NCBI RefSeq assembly: GCF_001194135.2
Contig: NC_068981.1
Span: 147,979,812 to 148,043,811 of the forward strand
DNA length: 64,000 nt
From: Octopus bimaculoides
Lineage: Eukaryota
Reading direction: 5' to 3'
The notes under the pieces: model-generated
The model's input: only the letters and a program-made list of their open reading frames with translations
Database searches by the model: none
Told to the model about the DNA's origin: nothing
In this document: positions 1 through 12,649 of the stretch, piece by piece
Layout: each line of letters opens with the position of its first letter
Numbering within the stretch: position 1 is the stretch's first letter
Made by a program: the position numbers and the translations under genes

Positions 1-856
1 ATCCAATTTAAGGATGTTATCAAATTACTAGTTATATTAGCAAGTTCAAACATTTTGAACATAATTGTATTGCCAACACATCAACAACTTTATTACTTTC
101 ATAGCCATTTCCCATGCTTGTATTGGTTATACAAGTCTACAATCAACATCTTTCCATGTGTGCCAACCTTACAAAATCCAAAGTTTACAACTTTCAAAAT
201 TAATTTCGGCTGCAGTTGAGCTAAAATGACAGGCTGTAATACAGTGATAGTGATTCCTTGAAATTTATCTGAGGGTGGATTTATCAGCTGCCTCATCATA
301 AAACAAGCCCTTTTCTGCTTTTAGCAGAGTCCACTCCATAGCAAAACATGGCCAAGTCTCCAGTACTAGAAAAGAGGGGGGAGGGGAGAAAGAAAGAGAG
401 AGAGAGCATATGTGCATGCGTGCACATGTGTGTGTGTGTGGGTACGTGTTTATGTGCAAAAATCCATGTGTCAGGAAAAAGCAGACACTTATATATTAGT
501 GAAAGAGTGGATTTGTTACTATTATTATCAATAAAATATAATATTTTAGCTTTGTAATAGCCAAATCATAATGACACTGAAAAATTGTGTAATAATATAT
601 ATGATAATTATTGTTTTGTTAAATATTTTGTTTTATGGTTTTTTTTCAAAAGACGGAAGCAACAACTAGGAAAAAACTCATTATGAACTGTAATTAGTAT
701 ATAAGCAAATAAGTAATGCAACAAGTATATTTTTTAATATCACCAAGCAATATATTATCAATTACCAAAGTTTTATGCTAATATTGCCACTAGACAATAT
801 TGATGACTCTTCAAATATGCAGGCTTGAAATGCATAACCTCTTTTATACAAAGGTC

Positions 857-3276
857 AATGATTTTTCAGCAAATCTACACGGTTGCACTATCTTTTCCAA
901 GATTGATTTGGTTAGGGCTTATCACCAGATTTCAGTTAATCCAGAGGACATTCCCAAAACTGCCATCACTACTCCTTTTGGCTGTTTTGAATTTCTTTTT
1001 ATGAACTTCAGTCTGCGGAATGTGACAAGCACTTTCCAAAGATTTATTGATGAAGTTGTTCATGGACTTGATTTTGTATTCGCCTATGTCGATGACATAT
1101 TCATCGCTAGTGATACAAAAGAGAATCATCTCCACCATTTGTCGCAACTTTTTCAGCGACTCCGCACATATAATGTGAAGATAAACCCCAATAAGTGTGT
1201 TTTCGGGCAGTCCTCCCTGGAATTTTTGGGACACTATATTGATTCTAATGGGATCAAACCTCTTCCTTCTAAGGTTGATGCCATTCAACGCATCGCCCCT
1301 CCAACTTCTTTGTGACAACATCACCATTTTTTAGGCATGGTCAACTTCTACAGAAGATTTATAGACCGGTGTACAGACAAGCTACTTCCTTTAACAAGGT
1401 TACTACAAGGCCATTCTAAGAATGATGCTCAACTAACTCTTTCTGCTGAGGCATTGTCTGCTTTTGAGTCCGTCAAACAGGAATTATTCACCGTTCCTGT
1501 TCTTGCACATCCGGCTCCTAATGCTCCGCTCTCTTTATCTGTAGATGCTTCAGATTCTGCGGTTGGTGCTGTTTTGCAGCACACTGTAGATAATCAAACG
1601 CAACCTTTGGCATTTTTTCTTGCCGATTGCAGCCTGCTGAACGCAGATATAGTACTTTTGATCATGAGTTATTAGCGATCTATCTGTCAGTTCGGCATTT
1701 TCAGCACCAGCTCAAGGGACGGGAGTTTGTGATTTATACTAATCACAAGCCCCTTACTTTTGCTCTGTCTTCTAAAACAGACAAACTCTCTACTCGTGCT
1801 TTCCGTCACCTGGACTATATTTCACAGTTTACAGGTGACATTCGTCATGTGCCAGGGAAGAAGAACATCCCTGCTGATGCTCTCTCGAGACTCCCTGTCA
1901 GTTCTATTTCCTCTCCAGCAACAATTGATTTACTTACTATTTCGCAGGACCAACCTCTTTTGTCAATGTTAGATTTAACTTCACCAAAATTCAACAATTG
2001 TAAATTTGCCTATCTTCTGCTCCCTTCATCAGAAGGCTCTATATTGTGTGATACATCCACCGGTTCTCCTAGGCCTTTAGTACCTGAGAACCATCAATGT
2101 TCTGTTTTTGATGCCCTTCATTCCTTGTCACATCCAGGCATCTCTGCAACAGTAAAACTTGTCACTGCTCGGTTTTTCTGGCCCAACATGCAGCGATCAA
2201 TTACCACTTGGGCACGCTCTTGCTTGAAGTGCCAGAGTGCAAAAATCCATAGGCACGTTTGTGCCCCTCTTGGACAATTTCCTTCTCCAGAGGCCCGTTT
2301 TCACCATGTTCACCTTGATTTGGTTGGACCAAGGCCTGTGAGTCGCGGGTTCTCATATCTCTTAACTTGTGTTGATCATTTCTCCCACTGGCCAGAAGCC
2401 ATTTCTATAGCAGATATTTCTTCTGAGACTGTTGCACAAGCTTTCGTTTCTGGTTGGGTTTCTAGTTTCGGCGTACCGTTCAGCTTGACCACGGGTCGTG
2501 GTCGACAATTTGAAGCAGCATTATTTCGTGAGTTATGATGAATCCTGGGGGTGCATCATATACGCACCACCAGCTACCATCCCACTTCTAATGGGATTGT
2601 GGAGCGTTTTCATAGGCAACTAAAGGCCGCATTGCGCGCCACGCCCAATCCACAGTCATGGACTGAATTCCTTCCTGTTGTCCTTCTTGGATGCCGGACT
2701 GCGGTTAAAGCAGACCTTGGTTTTTCTGCAGCAGAATTATTGTATGGTACCACACTGGCATTGCCTGGTACGATGTTGGTACCAGACAAATTACAGCCTC
2801 CAAATCCAGCGTCCTATGTCACTCGATTACGAGATTATTTTTCTAACCTTCCTACTATGAGTCCCCAGCAACAATCTCCACCTTCTAAAGTGCCATCAGA
2901 CATTGATTCTTGATCACATGTGTTTGTTAGGGATGATTCTGTCAGAGGACCCCTTGTTTCTCCTTATAAAGGACCCTTACATGTGCTCTCTCGCACACCC
3001 AAATTTTTTAAAATAGACGCTAATGGTCGTACAGAGACTGTGTCTGTCGACCGTCTGAAGAAAGCGTATTTTGATAAAACTAAATCTTTCGTTGACAATA
3101 CTGACATGCCCTCCTTTCAACCAACGCATACACCTTTGTCAACACCATTACCAACACATACACCTGTGAAAACTCCACCTTCGTCGTTGAGAACTACCAC
3201 AAGTGAACCCTATGTCACTAGGTCTGGCCGTACAGTGCACTGGCCAAAGAAACTCTCCAAGACAATTTATATTTGA
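857..3276 (+). pseudogene. Ty3/Gypsy LTR-retrotransposon pol, 5'-truncated and inactivated (RT-RNase H-integrase)
   Basis: ORFs 800-1315, 1337-1675, 1627-2538, 2551-2913 and 2920-3276 join into one pol. RT: [25 protein letters not shown]. RNase H: VDASDSAVGAVL, YSTFDHELLAIY. Integrase: HSLSHPG/CLKC zinc finger, HVHLDLVGP, TSYHPTSNGIVERFH, GPY/F-like PYKGP. In-frame stops at 1313, 2536/2539 and 2911; frameshift near 1620. Domain order RT-RH-IN indicates Ty3/Gypsy. Confidence 0.95.
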
Positions 3277-3652
3277 CTGCATTGTATATTATTGCATTTT
3301 TCAGCATTCCTTTTGTAAAAAAGGCTCAAACTGTGTTTAATCCTATTAGTGCTGAACACTTATAGATATTTCTTGCGCCACTGCATCAATCACAAGTAAT
3401 AAAGGAACTGCAGTGACGTAAGCAGAAAAAAAAAAAAACATTTTTTTACAGCCAACAACACTTATCAAGCTGAACTTGACTTGTGTCACTGGAATATTAT
3501 TTTACATGTGCATTGTATTACATTGTTGGGTATTTCCATTCTCTGTGTTAACGAATTGTTTCTTTTTCATTATATGTCTACAGCCGCATCTTGTTTCAGG
3601 CGCCCACTACAATCCTTTCCTTGTTCGTGCTACGCACTCGGTGGGGAGCCAT

Positions 3653-3876
3653 TGTAGTGGTGCGAAATTATGGCCGCCATTAAAGAAGTACAATCTACGC
3701 ATTCACAAGGGACTCGCCTTCTCGGAAGCCCCTCGAGTGCGCATGCGTAGTATAACCAGTACTTAAAGCACTTCTTTCACTTTCTAAGCCTCTTCAGCAT
3801 GATGTCTTCGACGTGACAGCTACTTGCTCCTCTGGCATGCATCAACGAAGCTCTTAACCTTCCAATGCCGATTACA
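3653..3876 (+). mobile_element. Probable 3' LTR of the Gypsy element, preceded by a polypurine tract
   Basis: PPT-like GGTGGGGAG at about 3640-3648, then TGTAGTGG at 3653. The GC-richer segment ends CGATTACA at 3876 (TG...CA termini, imperfect inverted ends). The 5' LTR is absent, so no TSD check is possible. Confidence 0.6.
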
Positions 3877-4727
3877 AGTTAACCAGCGGCTGCTAAGCTG
3901 AGTGACACAGGATTTATAAAACCAAGCATCATCAAAAATAAAACTTATTTTTATTATGTTGTTAATTGTTCTACTGTTTCTTAATATATAATTTTGTTGA
4001 AAGGTGATAGAGAGAGACTAATGTCTCTATTGCAACTATCAACCTGTTACACTATCATAACTCCAGATGCTTCAGATGCTAAGATATCAAAAATTGTCAA
4101 ATTGTAGTACAGCAGTTTTGCTAAGGAATGACGAAGAGCTATTTTTTCATTTTCTGGATAAGCAACGTTTTGGACTTATGACACTTTTGCATAATTGCTA
4201 TGATATATATATATAATATATAGATAGATAGACAGATACATATGTACATAAATACATTTATACATATAGATATATTTTAAAGAACTATGTGTGTGTGTTT
4301 GCACACATGCATCTGCAAAAGCATTTGTATATAAGCATATAGATGTTTATTATACTAAAAAATAAAGATCTGAGCAAACAAAGAGAAAAAAGAGTATTCA
4401 ATACATATTGTAGAGTTTATCCTGCTTATTGCAGGCTGAAAGCTTCAGTATCTTTAGTGGTTCATATTTTTAATCAACAGAATGTAGGAAATTTGAAACT
4501 CAGAGTAACAGTTTTCAGCTTACAATATACATACGGCTTCAAGAAAGATATACAATGTCCCACAAGCATTCACCTCTGAGTGCACTGTTTCTTATAGCAA
4601 AAACAGCTGTAAGCTAATGAAGTTGATTATGTAATTCCTGCTCCCTTGTCATTTACTAAATAATATTAGACTCTGTACTCACAGGTTATTGGTACTGCTA
4701 TGCCTAAGCAAAACGATAAAATGTGTG

Positions 4728-4770
<43 letters not shown>

Positions 4771-6208
4771 GTGTGTGTGTGTGCATGTTTGTATGTGCAC
4801 ATGCACATGCCCAAATGCATTTACACAAACAATGGACAGGTTGACAGGCAGATATTTAATACACACACAAGCATGTATATACATAATATAATGTGAAAAG
4901 ATAAAGTTCTCCAAAGTTTCAGCCTTAGTTAACTCACCACCACTTTCTTCTATTTATCTGTAAGGACAAACTCAAACAGGTAGAATGAAATATTGATTGC
5001 AACAAGCAAACTGACAGGTTTCAGCAAGAAATACCTGTATCCCTTCATCAGATGAGCATCTTTGAAATTTCCAAAGAATTCCTATGAATCAATATTTTCG
5101 CCTGAGGCTTTCATGAGCTGACATCGTGTTAATCTTGTACTGTCACAGTTGAAATCTAGTGAAGATATTAATCTCTCAGCATTCACTTTTATTTTTTTTC
5201 TTCGGTGATGTGTGAGGATATGCCAATAACTTCCTATATCATGAGAAGTCATAACTTCTAACTTGTTATTAATAAACCAGCCAATGAGCCCCTATGTAAT
5301 CACCTGACCTACTACAAATAGCAGCCAAATTTATCCTCAAATTACCATTCTGGAATGGAAGGGAACCACAGGAGAAAGGATACATTAGATAGAACAAATC
5401 AAGAACTATATTAGATAATGTAGTCTTAGATATGTAATGCCCGAGAGAAGAACATGATGGTTATGACTAAAATGTTTTATCATAGATCTGCTCAACCAGG
5501 GTTGAACTGGAACTAAACAAGTTATTAAAATTTTGTCTAAGAGAACTGCAAAGGCTCTAAACACAGTCGCTTCCTCCAAACCAAATCAATGAAAATAAGG
5601 AAATATGTCAGAGATGTCAGTGTAATGAAAAAAAAAAAAGAAAAGTATTATTAAACTGCTTAACTTCTAAAAGGAAAAAGATGGATTTGCTTAGACCTTT
5701 TTTTTTCTTTAAGAGAGCAGAAGAAATAGTTGAATCAGAAAACAACCATATATGGTACCTTATTACCTCACAATTCTGAGATCAAATCCCACCAGATCTA
5801 AATTTTTTTTTTCTTTTTCAAAGTGGATAAAGTAAGTACTGCTTTTATGTCAAGTCATATTAATCGACAGTAGAGCACAAAATTGATCAATATTATATCT
5901 GATCAAAATAAATCAATCAGTTTAGATCCATTTTTTTGTCTTCGATGCAGACTGATTTATATAGTTTTATGAATATATTTGTATGAATTGCTGTCTCAAA
6001 TATTTTTCGTTTGTAATACCAATCAGTCATATGTGACATATTTTAATGAAATTCAGTTATAAACTTGAAAATGACAGTAACAACAGCTCAATGAACTACT
6101 CCTACCTTGTTTCAAACTGCAAGCTGAGAAAACCTCACTAAATAAATCAGATAATACTGAAGGATGTTTCCATTAGATTTTATTAACAAAAAGTGAACAT
6201 TTGGTACA

Positions 6209-6627
6209 GACATAACTGAGTGGTTAAGAAGCTCACTTTGCAACCATGTAGTTTTGGGTTCAGTTCCACCACATGGCACTTGTGGAAAATGTGTTCTACT
6301 ATAGTTTCAGGTCAACCAATACTGTGTGAGTGAATTTAGCAGATAGAAACTGTATGGAAGCCTGTTGTGTGTACGTGTTTGTGTGTATATATATATATAT
6401 ATATACACACATCTTTGTGTTGGTGTTTGTCTCCTCCGCTGCTTGACAACTGGTGTTGGTTTGTTTGTTTATGTCTTTGTAACCTAGCAGTTCAGTAAAG
6501 AGACTGATAGAATAAGTACCATGCTTAAAAAAAAAAAAGTACTGGGGTTGATTTGTTCAACTAAACCCTTCAAGTCAGTGCCCCAGTATACCCACAATCT
6601 GATGACTGAAACAAGTAACATAAAAGA
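6209..6627 (+). mobile_element. Composite tRNA-derived SINE (head, CCTTGGGCAAG-type core, (TA)/(TG) spacer, CTTGACAAC...GAAACAAGTAAAAGA 3' module)
   Basis: Head ACTGAGTGGTTAAGAAG...GGGTTCAGTTCC. Similar complete or partial copies lie at about 19470-19690, 20870-21110, 22455-22670, 36900-37090, 42090-42310, 43870-44250 (minus), 50558-50927, 56350-56620, 59100-59240 (minus) and 61080-61265 (minus). Confidence 0.75.
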
Positions 6628-7456
6628 ATTAGAGTAAAGTATAATCACAGTTGTACTCAGAAACTGACCTCAACATTTTTTATTCTGAAATTCAATGCCT
6701 TACTTACACAACCATACTGACATTTTGTTCTTAAAGACCAGGTTTATTAAATTGGAGTATTGCTTTATAACCAAAAAAGTTTTTAATTTGAAAAAAAAAT
6801 GTACAATGGTTTTTCATTAAAGATATATTATATCCAAGATTTTAAGTGACAGCTTCAAGAATTATTGAATGTGTTAAGTGAAAAGTGAAGTACAAGTCAA
6901 TGAAAAAATTTGCTAGGCATTGCAGACATCAAGTGATTGTTCCAAGAATTATTTTTAAAAATAATTTGGTGTAGTTTTCACTAGTCATTAGTAACTTTGG
7001 AGTTTGTACTCGTCCCCTAAATATTCCTGAAACAATAAAAAGTTTCTCTTACCACCTCTTAACTTTGTTAGCTTACTCAATGAACTTCAGGTTCTCCAAT
7101 GGCATGTCATTTTCAAGAGGAACTTCCAGTGTTCTACTTGCCTTCACTTTATGCTTTTTTTACTCTTTTCGTTTTTTACTGTCTCCACACACACACACAC
7201 ACACACAGGGGTTCTTCTACTTTCCAGCTACTAATTTCCATTCACAAAATATTAATAAACCCACAGCTGTAACAGATGACACTAAGACACCAGCCAATAG
7301 CATCCACACCATGGGAGAGAACACCCAAGCCATGACATTACAAAATGAATGCCTTAACCACATAGCCATGTCTGCATCTACACATATACACCCTCAACTA
7401 TGATCATCTGCTGTTATCCATCACCACCAAATACTCTATTTCATACTGCCCTACTT

Positions 7457-7843
7457 GTGGAGGTGCAATGGCCCAGTGGTTAGGGCAGCGAACTCGCGGT
7501 CATAGGATTGCGGTTTCAATTACCAGACCAGGCGTTGTGAATGTTTATTGAGCGAAAACACCTAAAGCTCCACGAAGCTCCGGCAGGGGATGGTGGCGAA
7601 CCCTGCTGTACTCTTTCACCACAACTTTCTCTCACTCTTACTTCCTGTTTCTGTTGTGCCTGTAATTCAAAAGGTCAGCCTTGTCATACTGTGTCACGCT
7701 GAATATCCCCGAGAACTACGTTAAGGGTACACGTGTCTGTGGAGTGCTCAGCCACTTGCCGTTAATTTCACGAGCAGGCTGTTCCGTTGATCGGATCAAC
7801 TGGAACCCTCAACACCGTAAGCAATGGAGTGCCAACAACAACA
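7457..7843 (+). mobile_element. Full-length tRNA-derived SINE with (CAA)n tail
   Basis: A-box TGGCCCAGTGGTTA and B-box-like GGTTTCAATTACC; (CAA)n tail; 12-bp TSD ACTGCCCTACTT at 7445-7456 and 7844-7855. Closely similar copy at 37801-38185. Confidence 0.9.
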
Positions 7844-9009
7844 ACTGCCCTACTTAGGCAATAGGTTATGATGTCATTCAGCCTCCTCACACATGAGTAG
7901 CAAATGGGCTTCCTGTCCAGTACTACCACTGACTGGCATCTCTCTCTTCCCACTATGGAATATTCCAGTATAGTCATGTTATCTTCAGGAGGTTGTCAGA
8001 ACTGGTATGCCCATGCAAAATCCACCTAACCACAAGTTGATGTGAGTCACACACTTATGACTTCTCAGTGCTGTTGTGTAAAAGTAACTTCAAATCAAAG
8101 GTCCTAATCAGCACCAATGTCTGTGACCAATGACTGATGTGTTTCTCTTGCCCATATATAGCAATATCATCCTGTAGGTAGGCATGTAAGTCACAGGACC
8201 TTCCTACCTTCTCACTTCAGTCATACATAATAAATATATGCTTCCAAACTCTCTTCCTCTGCCACACACCAGCCAAGTCTCCTTCCAAATGTACATAACA
8301 CTTCTATTTTCTTCTTTTGCCTGTAATAGACCCATATCAATTTTTTTTAGCTCACAAAAGAAAAGTTTCTACTATTGTTGCTTTGTTACTGTCCCAAGTT
8401 TGCATTTTCACCACTTTACTTTTGTGCTTCTCAAGCTGTAATTGTTTTATGCTTATAGTAGTGACTATTTTAATGTCATTCTTGCTTCTTTTTTTTTTTT
8501 TTCTTTTTTACTGTCTCTATTTTACAAAAATTTTAGGATGTGCTCACTGCTACCTTCATCAAGTCCATTTCTTCTCACTGCTACTACAGAGATGATATTT
8601 TGAACCACTAACACACAAAACAAAATGGATGCTTGTCCAAACTATATGTATACAATAAAATGACTAAGGATGAATCTTCTTTTCCACCTAATAGTGTGGA
8701 TATTTAAATATTCTGAAGATCTTTGTTGATGAAAGGAATGCTTTTTCATCAAGAAATCCCAGAAGAAATTAACTTCTATATAGAGCTCTGTGAAATGCAT
8801 GCATTCATAACAAACAACAATAATAATTATAACAACAATTGTTAACCTTGAACACTTTCACACAGGCTTTCCAAGAGTTATCTAATTCTTGTTTTAAGAA
8901 AAGAGACTCTTGATGTATTTTATCAAACTATGAATGATAAAGAAAATGAAAAAAAGAAAAAGAAAACTTGCATGGAACTCTTGAAAAGATAAAATAATAA
9001 TATTGATCT

Positions 9010-9790
9010 CTTTCATAGGAACAAGGCCACTAATTGTGGAGGAGGAATATAGTTGATTAAATTGATTCCAGTATTTGGCTGGTACTTTATTTTATTGATC
9101 TTGAAAAGATAAGAAGCAAAGACAACCTCAATGGGATTTGAAATCAGATTGTAAATGGACATAACTGAATATGGTCAGGAATTAAATCAGACTACTATAT
9201 TCCTGCCATCTACAATAATGATAATAATGGTTTCAGAATTTGGTACAAGGCCAGCAATTTTAAGGGGAGAATAGGGTTAGTTGATTACATCAAATATTTG
9301 GCTGGTACTTTATTTGATTGATCCACAAATGGTCGGAAAGCAAAGTTGACCTCAGTGGGATTAGGGCGCATAATGTAAAGAACTGGAAGAATTTCTGCTA
9401 AGCATTTTGTCCAACACACTAGCGATTCTATCAGCTAACTGCCTTAAAGATAATAATAATAAAAATAGTTCCAAATTTTGCCACAAGGCCAATGATTTTT
9501 GAGGGGAAGGGGGTTAGTTGATACCAGTGATCCCAGTACTTGACTGGTACTCCCTCCCCACAAAATTGCTGGCTTTGTATCTGTTAGAAATAACAACAAT
9601 AATGACGGTGGTGGTAACAACAAAAACAACATTCCTTTCTACTGTAGGCACAAAGCCTGAAATCTTAGGGGAGGGGCTAATCAATTTCATCAACCCCAGT
9701 ATTTGACTGGTATTTAATTTATCAATCCCAAAAAGATGAAAGGCAAAGTTGACCTTGAGGATATTTGAACTCAAGATGTAATAATAATAA
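9010..9790 (-). mobile_element. Cluster of 4-5 copies or fragments of the about 220-bp SINE family
   Basis: Repeated CAAGGCC...GGGG...TTGATT...CTGGTACTT...GAAAGCAAAGTTGACCT blocks at about 9012, 9230, 9465 and 9640, separated by (AAT)n/(AAC)n. This is the reverse complement of the copy at 57855-58075. Confidence 0.75.
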
Positions 9791-11426
9791 ATTTCTTTAT
9801 TAATAATTTTTTTGATTATATTTAATAATAACTTTAAAATTTTTTGTTATTTATGAAAAACAAATAGAAGAGCTTCAATTTTTATTTCATCTTCAGAATT
9901 AATCATATTTCAGAACGAATGTATATTAATGCTAAAAAGAAAATGCAGAAACTATAAAAACTCATGATTCATTCTATAAAACTGAAATCAAAGAACAGAG
10001 TCTCCTGCTTTCTCCATGTTCAATAAACTCTAAAAGTTTTAATGCAGAAGAAAGAAAAAAAATGCCCCTTATTCATGGAATGTATGCAAAAGCTCATTAT
10101 GCAAGGAATGCATTTCAGAGTTAGTTTACGATTTGGTTCCAGTATTTCTCTGACTCACTCCCCCTTGCCTACCTGGAATAAATTGTTCGAACCATTCTAA
10201 GTTTGACTCAGATGAGGCTCACCACTCACACACACTATGTTTAACTGCCTGGGGGCAGTAGTTAATGCTTGTTTGTTATTCTTTTCCTTTTGGTTGTTTG
10301 TTTTTATCAACAAAGATGCATATCCCAAGAAACTGCAGCAAACTTCCTTTATATGGATACCAGGAGACACAGAATTGCTAACATTTTTAAAACAAGGAAC
10401 AAAAAGCAATTTCAAATCTGATGTAACAAATTACACCTCGACCATTGTCATGAATAAATGTATGTGCTAGAATCAAATTAGTTTATTATATGTTGTTTTG
10501 TGAGTTTCTTATTGAGCAGAAGAGGTTTTACAGAGATGACATATACCCAGCAAAGCATGTGTACAGGCAGCTAATGGCTATATAATCACACACACACACA
10601 CACACACACACCTCCATACACTTATTTACATAAATTATTCAACTAAACATGTATATATGAATATATAAAAAAAAAAAAGACCAATTCAATAAGGTCATTC
10701 ATTCATTCATTCATTCATTCTTTCACACACACAGACACACATCGGTATGCATGCATGCACACACACACAGTTTTGCTAATTCTTAAAGTAGTTCTTCATA
10801 TTCAAGTTCAAAACAAGTTTTGTGGCTATATTTACAGCTCAATGCTTTTCTTTACAAATAATTCTCTTGTTATAGACACTGCTGTTTATATCAAGTATAT
10901 CTTTATCCCCTCTGAACACTGTCAGACTCCTTTCCTCACTGAATGCTTCACTTTCTATTCTAGTCTTGTTGCCAATCGACTTCATCACAAACTCATGAAG
11001 AAGCCTTATGAATGTACACACTCAATTGGCTAAAAATAGCAACCAAATCTCACCCGAATCATACTCTATTATCTTGAGAAAACTTAAAATATTGAATAAT
11101 GTAATCCTTGATACACTATTCTTGAGAACATAACAAACTGGTGGGAAATGGAATGTCTGATTTTAGGGTTACTCAATTGGGGCTGATCTGGAGCAAAACA
11201 ACAATTTGCCCTGTCTCTCCTACTCCCTCCCAACCAACAGGCCTATTGAAACCTTATACATATTGCCTCATACAGTTATAAATATTCATTCTGAAAGGTG
11301 AATCTCAAAACAGATAAAGCTATAAATAATAGTATGTAAATATTGGGTTAAAAATCCTTTGGATTAAAAAAGTCAAAGACTAGTTGTGGAAAGTGCAAAC
11401 CACATATTCTTTTTTTCATGATACTA

Positions 11427-12649
11427 TCAGGTCATCCTATAAGTTCTGTCCAATTTTATCTTTTTTTAAAATTGAATGAAATTTAATAGTATCTTAGAAT
11501 GTCTAATGGAATTAAAAATTATTTTTATGCATTTGTGTACATTTAAACTAATTAAAAATTATTTTACAGAATAATAGAATTAAAATTTCTTTGATTAAAA
11601 CCCTTTCTAACATGGAAGTATCCAAAGAGCATTTGAGGCACATAATGCTTTATGAGTACAAAAAAGGAAACTCTGCAGCCGAAGTGACTTGAAACATATA
11701 CTCAGTTTATAGGAAAGAATGCTTGAATGAAAGAACTTGCAGAAGATGGTTTGAAAAATTCAGAAGTGGAGATTTCAACCTTGAAGATGAAGATCGAACA
11801 GGACATCNNNNNNNNNNNNNNNNNNNNNNNNNNNNNNNNNNNNNNNNNNNNNNNNNNNNNNNNNNNNNNNNNNNNNNNNNNNNNNNNNNNNNNNNNNNNN
11901 NNNNNNNNNNNNNNNNNNNNNNNNNNNNNNNNNNNNNNNNNNNNNNNNNNNNNNNNNNNNNNNNNNNNNNNNNNNNNNNNNNNNNNNNNNNNNNNNNNNN
12001 NNNNNNNNNNNNNNNNNNNNNNNNNNNNNNNNNNNNNNNNNNNNNNNNNNNNNNNNNNNNNNNNNNNNNNNNNNNNNNNNNNNNNNNNNNNNCTTCATGG
12101 GAAAAAGGTTCTTCTCTCTTCTGGTGGGATTGCAAAGGAGTAATTCACTTTGAATTGTTACCACTTAATGCAACAATCAATGCTGAAGTCTACTGTCAGC
12201 AATTAGAGCATTTGAACCAAGCTTTGAAGAAAAAAAGACCTGCTTTTGGGAATCGAAAAGGAGTGATGTTTCATCAGGACAATGCGCGACCCCACATTGC
12301 AAAGATCACATCACAGAAGATTGAAGAGCTTGGTTGTGAAAAAATTCCTCATCCATCTTATTCTCCCAACCTTGCTCCTTCAGACTACCATTTGTTTTGT
12401 AGTTTACAGAATTATTTGGGGGACATAACTTTCACATGTCAGGAGGAGTGGGAAACTGACATTTCAGAGTTCTTCGCTTTGAAACCAAAAGAGTTTTACA
12501 TTGATGGGATTAAAGAGATTGTAAATAGATGGAAATAAGTCATAGATAATCAGAGAAAGTACATTGATGATTAAATTTCAATTAAATATTACATTTGATC
12601 ACTTGTTTTCTTTATTCAAAATTTGGACAGAACTTATGGGATGACCTGA
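11427..12649 (+). mobile_element. Mariner (Tc1/mariner, DD34D-type) DNA transposon, near full length
   Basis: About 31-bp TIRs TCAGGTCATCC(T/C)ATAAGTTCTGTCCAA(A)TTTT at 11427-11457 and ending 12649. TA TSD at 11425-11426 and 12650-12651. Internal N gap 11808-12092. Confidence 0.95.
11612..12574 (+). pseudogene. Mariner transposase, disrupted
   Basis: MEVSKEHLRHIMLYEY...RRWFEKFRSGDFNLED (HTH), WWDCKGVIHFELL, FHQDNARPH, YSPNLAPSDYHLF. Premature stops at 11690-11692 and 12536-12538; the likely original stop is at 12572-12574. Confidence 0.9.

Noticed and set aside
3277-3611. Extra LTR or 2-LTR circle junction ending CCACTACA
   Set aside because: No matching TGTAGTGG start or similarity to 3653-3876 upstream; better explained as 3' UTR with a local inverted repeat.
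5005-5052. Minus-strand CTGATGA...GAAA hammerhead candidate
   Set aside because: Four extra bases between stem II and GAAA, and essentially no stem I.
7457-7530. tRNA gene (also 37801, 57855, 6209 and others)
   Set aside because: A/B boxes continue into SINE bodies with tails and TSDs; no complete cloverleaf.
190-8600. Isolated exon-like stretches (about 265-360 minus, 5036-5082 minus, 6108-6170 minus, 7075-7150 minus, 8538-8595 plus)
   Set aside because: Each lacks either a credible acceptor or donor, or hits a stop, and no recognisable peptide results.
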